From Candidatus Bathyarchaeota archaeon (lineage in GTDB: Archaea > Thermoproteota > Bathyarchaeia > Bathyarchaeales > Bathycorpusculaceae), in NCBI GenBank assembly GCA_963772455.1, contig CAVYXJ010000018.1, positions 1 to 23,942 of the forward strand: 23,942 nucleotides of DNA. Reading direction: 5' to 3'. Below the pieces are notes generated by a model. That model was not told where the DNA came from. It worked only from the letters and a program-made list of their open reading frames with translations, and searched no databases. Below, in pieces: positions 9,097 to 16,668 of this stretch. The position numbers and the translations under genes were made by a program. Each line of letters begins with the position of its first letter. The stretch's first letter is position 1.

Positions 9097-10207
9097 TGCT
9101 CTCATCTCTCTTTCGCGGTCGAACCGATTCAAACCAGCATGGAAGTACACACTCGTAGGTGCTGCCGCCGATTTCCCCCATCAGGTTTGCTTCACAGTAC
9201 ATTTCATTAAACACAACTTCTGATGAATTGACCATACTAGTATTGACTATGCTGCACACGGCTTTAGGTATGAATACAACCTCAAGTTTGTCCCCACCTT
9301 TGGAAGCAGTAAACGTTCTGGTTTTCGGAATTGCTGGGCGATAATCTGGATATAATAACTGGGTGATTGCTGGCATGATGCTTCGATTACCATCATACTC
9401 TCCTGAGGCAGTGATCTTCATCTTGGCACTGTCGAAGAATTGTCTTTTTCCATCTTTAGTTTCAAAAAAGACGCCGCCGTATGAAAGATCGTTAGTCGCG
9501 CCATAGCGGTAAATCAGAAAATCCACTCTTCCCGGTTCAATAGCAACGCTGGGGTCACAAAAAATAACACCCGTATCCCAACCCCAAGTCATCCCTATGT
9601 CGAAGCAGCCGCCTTCATGATCCTGATATCCCTGATTCGTCTTAATCGCATAGTTTTTCTTGTTAACTTTCAAATTGCCTTCAACGAACAATCTGGGTAA
9701 TTCAACCCAGCTTTCCCATTGACGATTCATTTCTTGGGCAGCCAAGAGCATCTTTGAATTGGGATTCTGCTCCTTGAGAACTTCTATAAAGATGTCTTTG
9801 TCCGTAACAGGCGGAGAAGCAACCTTAAAGTTTAGGTTAAACGAGGACTGCTCCATTTTCCCCACAACATCAAAAGAATTGTCCTCCAACAATTCCACGG
9901 AAAAATTATCGCTGACAAAGTTTGGGTTGTAAGATGTAACTTCAAGTTGATTAATCGGAATCAGCTTTAATTCAGCAAATATCTTTCGAGAAGGGTCCAC
10001 TATGTATGAGAGAACCGAGCCCCAACCGCGTTTGGAATCATAAGGATTTCCGTGAACCCCAAAGTTTAGCAAGCCGAATATGCCCGTTTTTCGGTCAAAA
10101 AAAACAAAGTCGTGCCATTCCTGATAGAACCTAGCTCTTGGATCGAAAAGCGAGGGTAGAGTGAAAGCATCGACGCTAGCCGTGTCTTCTACACGGTAAA
10201 GAGTCAT
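9080..10207 (-). CDS. CrtC/AttH/tocopherol-cyclase-like beta-barrel protein
   Basis: 'YQEWHDFVFFD' and 'GYQDHEGG..WGWD' resemble the EWWYF and GYHDHNWG..WxW motifs of this superfamily. ATGA coupling to the upstream gene. Confidence 0.6.
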   Translation of the reverse strand: MTLYRVEDTASVDAFTLPSLFDPRARFYQEWHDFVFFDRKTGIFGLLNFGVHGNPYDSKRGWGSVLSYIVDPSRKIFAELKLIPINQLEVTSYNPNFVSDNFSVELLEDNSFDVVGKMEQSSFNLNFKVASPPVTDKDIFIEVLKEQNPNSKMLLAAQEMNRQWESWVELPRLFVEGNLKVNKKNYAIKTNQGYQDHEGGCFDIGMTWGWDTGVIFCDPSVAIEPGRVDFLIYRYGATNDLSYGGVFFETKDGKRQFFDSAKMKITASGEYDGNRSIMPAITQLLYPDYRPAIPKTRTFTASKGGDKLEVVFIPKAVCSIVNTSMVNSSEVVFNEMYCEANLMGEIGGSTYECVLPCWFESVRPRKRDESNATDA

Positions 10208-10620
10208 TGGGCTGACTGCTCAGTGGATGTTTCTTCAGGGACTGGTGCTGCTTTTTCTATTATGTCGACTGCTCGATTGGAAACTTTTTGTACAAGGGTT
10301 AGGAGCTCTGTGTTAAACTGGATGTAGAGGCGCATCATGTCACTAACAGAATTGCTGACCAACTCTGTCATTTCTTCGTTGTTTAGTTTACTCATTCGAG
10401 CAGACGCTTTACTTAGCCTTTGAGCAGTCTGAACGGTATTATTAACTGAAGCTTGAGTCAACTTGGTCAATTGCTCTCGAGTTTCAGGATTGTTCAAAGT
10501 GTTTGCAATTTGGTCTATGGCTTTCTGCACAGTTTTTGGGTTAGGCATAACTGTTTTAGGATTTACCTCGGCTGTACCTTTAGCTTTTGAGCCTGTTTTT
10601 TTAGTTGTTTTATTGCTCAC
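10204..10620 (-). CDS. All-helical, low-aromatic hypothetical protein
   Basis: GTG 10620 after GGGGAG RBS. K/T-rich N-terminus followed by amphipathic helices. Confidence 0.75.
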   Translation of the reverse strand: MSNKTTKKTGSKAKGTAEVNPKTVMPNPKTVQKAIDQIANTLNNPETREQLTKLTQASVNNTVQTAQRLSKASARMSKLNNEEMTELVSNSVSDMMRLYIQFNTELLTLVQKVSNRAVDIIEKAAPVPEETSTEQSAQ

Positions 10621-10656
10621 TGTTATCTCCCCTCTCAAGTTATCAGTTAACGCTAT

Positions 10657-11703
10657 TTAATTTTTCCGCTCAACAAGGTAGTTGGTCTGGTCAAGGAAAA
10701 AATCCTTCCACCTTTTCTCAACCATCCAGTCGCATTCATTTAGCAAAACGTCCCTGGCTTTGACAGCGAACTGCTTTGCAATTTCAACAGCGTACTCTAT
10801 GGCTTCGTATTTTTGCATTAGACCTCTAACATACTCGACTTCAGCCTCTGTCTTAACTTCTCGTGGCTTTCCCAAAATCTTTCGAACACAACCCCTCTCC
10901 TTTGCATTGCAAGTTTTGAGAGTGTGTATGAGCATGAGAGTTCTTTTTCCCTCCAAGATGTCACCATCAATTTCTTTACCATAAAGACTCTGCGAAGCTG
11001 TAAGGTTGAGGGTGTCATCAGTTATCTGGAACGCTATTCCCGTATAGAGGGCATATCTAGTGATAGCATCCAACTGCTTAGGGCTAGCTTCATCTAACCC
11101 TATGATGATGCCCGTTCGGCAGGGTGTAATGATTGTGTACCAACAAGTTTTATTCTCACAAATGTTGAAATAATCTTCAGGGGTCAAATCAACCCGGTTA
11201 TCTTTAACAAAAGTCAACTCTTTTATCTGTCCCTCAACACTTCGTCGGGCTGTTTCTTGTATTTCCATAATAATCTGCAATGATTTGCGAACGCCAATCG
11301 ATGATAAGTTGTCTATGAGCGGAGACATAGCGAGGATTTTCACTGCGTCGCCTGCGTTTGCCGCCAAAGCTAGACCGTACTTTCTGTTTAAAGTAAGACC
11401 GCCTCGGCGATAGATTGACTGATCGACAATATCGTCCTTTATTAAGAAAGAATTGTGCAGAAGCTCAATTGAGGTTGCCGTATCGATTGCTTTGTTGTAG
11501 TCGGCGCCAACTGAAGCTGTTGCGGCAAGACAAAACAGAGGACGAATCCCCTTTCCAGGTCTAGTTGGGTAGTCAGCCAAAAGGTCGTAAGCTAATGTTT
11601 TGGATCCAAAGTTCAGTTTAAGATAGTGCTGCATTCGAAGGGTAACTTTTTTCTTCATCGCCGACAAGGTTGTTTTTTCGCTCAAGCGTTGACCATCACA
11701 CAA
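10657..11703 (-). CDS. Polyprenyl diphosphate synthase (trans-IPPS family)
   Basis: 'GKGIRP', FARM 'KDDIVD..RRG', 'GQ..E', 'KT', SARM 'FQITDDTLN', 'GKEIDGDILEGKRT'. Confidence 0.93.
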   Translation of the reverse strand: MCDGQRLSEKTTLSAMKKKVTLRMQHYLKLNFGSKTLAYDLLADYPTRPGKGIRPLFCLAATASVGADYNKAIDTATSIELLHNSFLIKDDIVDQSIYRRGGLTLNRKYGLALAANAGDAVKILAMSPLIDNLSSIGVRKSLQIIMEIQETARRSVEGQIKELTFVKDNRVDLTPEDYFNICENKTCWYTIITPCRTGIIIGLDEASPKQLDAITRYALYTGIAFQITDDTLNLTASQSLYGKEIDGDILEGKRTLMLIHTLKTCNAKERGCVRKILGKPREVKTEAEVEYVRGLMQKYEAIEYAVEIAKQFAVKARDVLLNECDWMVEKRWKDFFLDQTNYLVERKN

Positions 11704-11734
11704 ATATTACTCAGAAATAATAGATAACCTTTCT

Positions 11735-13249
11735 CTATTCAGACTTAAGTGTTCTTTCAAGCCCAAAATTAGTTGAACGCCGCTTCTGAGTGCTTCCAGT
11801 ATAGTTGGAAGATGCCAATGCAACGTTAACTGCACTTGCCACCGACTTAACGGCCCAATCAAAAAGAGCAGAAGGATTCTCTGTCGCTTGAGCAGCTACC
11901 GAAAAGCCCGTTTGTATAGCCTCCAAAGCAGATTTCGCAATCACATTGGGATCCTGCACCATCTCAACCAAATTATTCAATCCAGTCGATAACATTACCT
12001 GCTCGATTGTTCCTCGAGCCACTTCCAAGTTAATTGCTTCGGTTTGAGACACCGTTCCCATTAGGATGCCTCCAACAATGTCAGCGTAACCTGAATCAAC
12101 TCGGGAACGCGCCGCCATAAGTTCCAACGAATGCAACCATAACGGGTTGAAACTTCTATTTCGAATCAACTGAACAATTAAATGTGCAATTGACATCCCG
12201 TATTGAAGTTCCCGCTCAACAATATCTTGGTATGCCGCCAAAGCTTCTTTAGACAAATCGTTGCCAGCTAAGCAGGAAATGGCGACCTCAGAGGCCCATC
12301 TGCCACTTAGAAGTGCATATTGAATTCCCTCACCATTTAATGGATTTATTAAACCCGCGGCGTCACCCACAAGCATAACGTGGTTGTCGACCAATGGCTG
12401 GTTTGGATTGTAGGTTGTTAATGGCCATCCTCCAATTTGCCCGACTAGCTTGGCGTTCTTGAGTCTTCTGCTCAAAGCTTCATCGTTGCTGATGAGTTGG
12501 TTTAGTAGCTCTACTAAGCGGTTGCCAGAAGGTATGGTGTCTAAGACCATTCCCACCCCAACATTAGCTTCGTTTTTGCCTGTAGGGAATAGCCAGCAGT
12601 AACCGGGAAAACTCTCTTTGTTAAAGTGCAGGTCAGCTTGGCTTGACTGTCCCTCAACACTCTTAAAGTATCCGCGTATCGCAATAATTCTGTCGGCACT
12701 AGAAGGAGGTTGACCCCTAACAATTCTGGCGATGGTTGAATTGCTGCCATCTGCACCTATCAACAGACGGGCCTTCAGGGTTCTTTCGCCTTCTGTCCCC
12801 TCCGTTTCTAACTCAACACCTCTATGTTTTACCCTCATGCCTACAGCTCTCATGTTTTCCAAAAAAACAACGCCTTCTCTACAAGCTGATTCTAGGAGCA
12901 GTTTATCCAAAACAAGGCGGGGCACTACACGACCATAACGCGGCAGACCTTGAACCTTCGGGGGGCTTCTAGAAACTATCTTCTTGCCATCAAGATACAC
13001 CGCGGCTTTGCTTATCCGGTTTGCACTCTTGAATTCAGGGGTGCTCGTAATTCCCAATTTGGCAAGCTCAACCTGTGCTACAGGGCTTACAAAGTCGCCG
13101 CAGATTTTGTCACGCGGAAATTTACACTTGTCTACAAGAACCACATCATAACCTGCGGTGGCTAAGTAAAGCGCAGTAGCGGAGCCTGCGGGTCCAGCGC
13201 CCACAACCAACACATCGCAGTCGTATTCCTGTTTATTATTTAACGGAAT
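11735..13249 (-). CDS. Geranylgeranyl reductase family FAD-dependent oxidoreductase
   Basis: GAGPAG Rossmann motif, 'FPRDKICGD', 'GADG', 'GYCWLFP' (YxWxFP), 'GDAAG..NPLNGEGI..A'. Start is uncertain: GTG 13213 or ATT 13249. Confidence 0.92.
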   Translation of the reverse strand: MPLNNKQEYDCDVLVVGAGPAGSATALYLATAGYDVVLVDKCKFPRDKICGDFVSPVAQVELAKLGITSTPEFKSANRISKAAVYLDGKKIVSRSPPKVQGLPRYGRVVPRLVLDKLLLESACREGVVFLENMRAVGMRVKHRGVELETEGTEGERTLKARLLIGADGSNSTIARIVRGQPPSSADRIIAIRGYFKSVEGQSSQADLHFNKESFPGYCWLFPTGKNEANVGVGMVLDTIPSGNRLVELLNQLISNDEALSRRLKNAKLVGQIGGWPLTTYNPNQPLVDNHVMLVGDAAGLINPLNGEGIQYALLSGRWASEVAISCLAGNDLSKEALAAYQDIVERELQYGMSIAHLIVQLIRNRSFNPLWLHSLELMAARSRVDSGYADIVGGILMGTVSQTEAINLEVARGTIEQVMLSTGLNNLVEMVQDPNVIAKSALEAIQTGFSVAAQATENPSALFDWAVKSVASAVNVALASSNYTGSTQKRRSTNFGLERTLKSE

Positions 13250-13629
13250 GATTTTTCACTCCTGACAAGAGAATAGGATATTGGCTTAACTAACCTGGCA
13301 AAAGGCTGGGAAAATCTAGCTAAGCTACCTGCTTTCCCATTCCCATCATGTTAGCTATGACTCACTAGAGATGATTCTCGTTAATAACTTTACTTTTACG
13401 TAAAAAGTCCACCCGTAAAAAGCTTAAACATCAGAAATAAGCAATTCCCATTCTTTTTTTACTGACAGAAAAATCAGGTTTGGTTAGTTATTGAGTGCTC
13501 GGCCCTTTTTGGACTTGAATTCGCGAATTAACATAAATGATTCTTGAAAATATGATTTCCAAAAGTTTATTTTTAAATTAACCAAAACAAACATGCGCTT
13601 ACTCGCTATCTCAAGTCTGGAGTGTTGCT

Positions 13630-13642
13630 AAACGTATATATT
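13630..13642 (+). promoter_or_regulatory. Putative BRE/TATA promoter for the precursor gene
   Basis: AAACG-TATATATT about 37 nt upstream of ATG 13678. Confidence 0.4.
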
Positions 13643-13677
13643 CAATGCTCAATATTACTTACAATAGGTCGATTTTT

Positions 13678-14031
13678 ATGAGTGAAGAAAAAAACTTAAG
13701 ATATATGCTTCTCTGTGCCACCAAAGACCGAGCATTTAGACTAAAATTCCTAAGCAACCCAGAAGCTGTAGCGAAAGAATACAACGTAAAGCTTAAGCCT
13801 GAACATCTTGAAAAAATAAAGAGAGCTGCCGCGTTTATTGATTCTTTGAACGATGTTAGACTACCTCCAGGACCAATCTTCTACCCCATTGACCCCATTT
13901 TAAACACATGGACACTCGGAGAAATCAGGAACGTACTAAGGTACAGTTACCTGACAAAGATAAACTGGATTCTATATTCTGCCCCAGACTTTAATCAAGT
14001 GGGCGCAATTCTCAAAGAAAAGCAAAAATAA
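13678..14031 (+). CDS. Putative RiPP precursor with NHLP-clan (Os1348/Franean1_4349-like) leader
   Basis: 'ATKDRAFRLKFLSNPEAVAKEYNVKLKPEHLEKI' fits the A-x-x-D-x-x-FR-x-x-(F/L)L-x-(N/D)P leader pattern. Lies directly upstream of an rSAM/SPASM gene; RBS AGGT before ATG 13678. Confidence 0.7.
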   Translation: MSEEKNLRYMLLCATKDRAFRLKFLSNPEAVAKEYNVKLKPEHLEKIKRAAAFIDSLNDVRLPPGPIFYPIDPILNTWTLGEIRNVLRYSYLTKINWILYSAPDFNQVGAILKEKQK

Positions 14032-14053
14032 GGCTAATAACCTTATTTTTTTT
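14024..14053 (+). terminator. Hairpin/oligo-T terminator or attenuator between precursor and maturase
   Basis: Perfect 10-bp stem AAAAATAAGG-(7 nt)-CCTTATTTTT running into T8. Confidence 0.7.
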
Positions 14054-14078
14054 ATTACTCAGGTTAAAAGGTATTCCT

Positions 14079-15395
14079 TTGGTTAATCTTTTATTAACGA
14101 TGCGCTGTAACCGCGCTTGTAGCTATTGTTTCGCAAAAGAAAAACTCCATTCTTACAAAGACAAAAATGCTCCAACAGAAATCAGCATTACAAACGTAGA
14201 AAAAACTCTGGCATTTCTCTCCAAAACCCACTGCGACGCAATTCAGCTTGCAGGCGGCGAACCCACAATTCACTCCAAATTCACGGAGATAATGACGCTT
14301 CTACTCAAAAATAACCTCAGAGTCAACCTCCTAACCAACGCACTTTGGAACCCAGAATTAAATGCTTTTTTTGACAAAATATCTCCAGTTTCCCTTGGTT
14401 TTCTATTAAACATAGACCACCCTAAAACATACAAAAACTCAGAGAAAGAAAGACTAGAAGAAAACCTTGCGTTTCTTAGCAAACGAGGAAACATAACATT
14501 AAGCTTCAATTTATTCGAAAAAAAACCCGATTATGACTACATCTTTGAGCTTGTAACAAAGTATGGTTTTAAGAATCTTCGCCTAAGTTTTTCAATGCCT
14601 GTTAGCGTTGAAGGAAAAACAAACACTCACTTACCCATAAAAGAGTATAAACAAGCTGCCAGATACATTATGGATTTCACTCATAGGGCTGAACAGTTAG
14701 GCGCTACGGTTGGACTAGACAACGCTGTGCCCATATGCATGTTCACGCCTCAAGAATTATCAGAACTCATGGTCAAACAGGTTGTTTCACCTCAACGCAA
14801 CTTTGTCTGCAACCCAGCTATCGATATAGGTCCTGATCTCTCCGTTTGGAGATGCTTTGGAACATCTAAGCTATTCAACAAAAAACTCGACGACTTTGAC
14901 TCCTTGGGCGAAATCTTGGAATATTACCAACGGATGAGTAGGCTATATCAATTCAAATTTTATTCCTTAAAAGAATGCGAGACTTGTGAACATGCAAAAA
15001 AAGAGCGGTGCCAAGGGGGCTGCATAGGGTTTGCACAAGCAAAATGTGAAGAGTTGAACCTTTCAGTCTCTGAAATTGACGATAAAGAGCTACTGCAACT
15101 AAAACCTAAGCTGTCTAGTAAAGTCTCTCTTCAAAGATACAATCTACCAGTCGACGTTGCAACAATCAACTTCCATGATGGCTTCGAAATGGAGATTCCC
15201 CCAGACATGGTAGAGTTAATAGCGCTCCTAGATGGAAAAACCACAATTCTGGAGGCCTTGAACGCAAGAATTTCGGGGGCTTCCCAACTTCAAGAACCAG
15301 ATGAAATTAACGAACTTCTAATGGAGATTTCAGCTAAAGAGGTAATGCCAACAATAAGACGGCTTTTAGACAGAAAAGCACTAATTGCCAAATAA
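14079..15395 (+). CDS. Radical SAM/SPASM protein with C-terminal PqqD/RRE-like winged helix
   Basis: CNRACSYC (CxxxCxxC), GGEPT, LLTN; SPASM 'C-x14-C...CxxC-x7-CxxxC'; tail 'LIALLDGKTTILEAL...IRRLLDRKALI'. Confidence 0.9.
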   Translation: MVNLLLTMRCNRACSYCFAKEKLHSYKDKNAPTEISITNVEKTLAFLSKTHCDAIQLAGGEPTIHSKFTEIMTLLLKNNLRVNLLTNALWNPELNAFFDKISPVSLGFLLNIDHPKTYKNSEKERLEENLAFLSKRGNITLSFNLFEKKPDYDYIFELVTKYGFKNLRLSFSMPVSVEGKTNTHLPIKEYKQAARYIMDFTHRAEQLGATVGLDNAVPICMFTPQELSELMVKQVVSPQRNFVCNPAIDIGPDLSVWRCFGTSKLFNKKLDDFDSLGEILEYYQRMSRLYQFKFYSLKECETCEHAKKERCQGGCIGFAQAKCEELNLSVSEIDDKELLQLKPKLSSKVSLQRYNLPVDVATINFHDGFEMEIPPDMVELIALLDGKTTILEALNARISGASQLQEPDEINELLMEISAKEVMPTIRRLLDRKALIAK

Positions 15396-15539
15396 ACTCT
15401 CACGCAAATATTATTCGCTTATAAACTAAAATTAACATTGTTGGCATCTGAAAAAAAGCGATTTATACTCTGTTGCTGTGAGGACCCAATCACAATAGTA
15501 TATTTAGCATCATTACGCCAATAGTTTAGGTGTCGTGTT

Positions 15540-15713
15540 TTGTCGAAAGCTCAACCTCATCCAGGTCATGAAAATCACCTCTGCAAAATGGTAGAGGACA
15601 AAGTTCCAATAGAAAAGATAAAGCCACTTGTGAAAGATGCGAAATACATCTGCAAAAGCTGCATGCGAACTGCTGTTAAAGCAGAAAATCTCTGCGCCCC
15701 AGAAAAACTCTAA
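15540..15713 (+). CDS. Small His/Cys metal-binding protein, 57 aa, absent from the ORF track
   Basis: Manual translation: MSKAQPHPGHENHLCKMVEDKVPIEKIKPLVKDAKYICKSCMRTAVKAENLCAPEKL. TTG start after AGGTG RBS; oligo-T directly after the stop. Confidence 0.85.
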   Translation: MSKAQPHPGHENHLCKMVEDKVPIEKIKPLVKDAKYICKSCMRTAVKAENLCAPEKL

Positions 15714-15717
15714 ACAT

Positions 15718-15730
15718 CTTTCTTTTTTTT
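15718..15730 (+). terminator. Oligo-T terminator
   Basis: CTTTCTTTTTTTT immediately after the stop at 15713. Confidence 0.6.
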
Positions 15731-15908
15731 CGTCTGTTTACTGCTAGTTCTTTGTATCAAACCACAAAATTAAATTCTTTAACGTACTACAACAATAACC
15801 ATAGTTGTCAAGGAAGCTTGAAAATATTCTAGCTTTAGGCGGTTAGAATAAATTTACTTTTTTATGATGAAAAACCTTAAAACTTCATGACATATACTGT
15901 ATTGAGTT

Positions 15909-16100
15909 ATGGAATTAAATAGAATAATAAAGTACATAATCACAATAGGTTACATCTTTCTCGCTGTTTTATTCGCTGCAATTGCATTTAGAAGCTTATC
16001 GAGTGACATTCTTGTTGGATTGACAATAAGTGTTGTTGTTTTCATAGTTGTCATACTTGCGGGTTATTTCCTTTTTGAAAAATTCTTGAAATTTGATTAA
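15909..16100 (+). CDS. Small two-TM membrane protein
   Basis: Two hydrophobic segments. BRE/TATA-like GAAAAACCTTAAAA about 27 nt upstream. Confidence 0.65.
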   Translation: MELNRIIKYIITIGYIFLAVLFAAIAFRSLSSDILVGLTISVVVFIVVILAGYFLFEKFLKFD

Positions 16101-16397
16101 TTTCTTTAATTTTCATTATTTATTTGAAGCAAAGTTTTAGGGCTCCCCAAACACATGCTTCACGCAGCAAAAATCTATCGAAGACTAAGAGGACTATTTT
16201 TTGATGGCGAAAGTATCTAAGATCTGATCTTGGCTTATCATTCTTGATATAATCTGAGAGTTGAAATACGCCTTATATTTTCATTATTAACTAAGTGTTT
16301 AGGTGCTTGGAGTTGGAAGAAATGCAAGCAGTCAATTCTGTTTCCAAGTCATGTGTTAATTGTGGCATTTGTAATCTTTCTTACTTGGTTTGTGACT

Positions 16398-16616
16398 TCA
16401 ATAGGCATGTGGTTTCTTGGGGAACATGCTACCATTGGGTACCGCGTCGAAATAATGTATAGGTCCGCAACCGTCTATTTTGAATCCATGAGGTACTGAG
16501 TTTCGAACTCTGTCAAATTCAGGTTTATCACTTCTGGGAACAGTAAAGTCAATATCTACCGTTGATACTTTGAGGTCGAGGAGTGTCATTGCCGTGCACA
16601 AAACTTTGAGAAACAA
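16398..16616 (-). pseudogene. Fragment of a DUF6036/AbiEii-like nucleotidyltransferase
   Basis: 'TAMTLLDLKVSTVDIDF' matches the GGTA(M/L)...T-x-D-I-D NTase motif but lacks the GG, the N-terminus and most of the C-terminus. Confidence 0.65.
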
Positions 16617-16668
16617 GTCCTACCGATTAATCGCAATGTTAACACCCTAATAAAAATTTAGGATTTCA

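Noticed and set aside
7454-13165. Plus-strand and alternate-frame ORFs inside the isoprenoid operon (e.g. 7775-8062, 8405-8725, 10682-10984, 12736-12972)
   Set aside because: Overlap motif-bearing minus-strand genes; sequences look like antisense translations.
11735-13249. Calling the reductase the housekeeping DGGGPL reductase, or the operon a carotenoid cluster
   Set aside because: It has a long C-terminal extension and unusual neighbours, and no phytoene synthase/desaturase or ether-lipid genes are present, so only a family-level call is justified.
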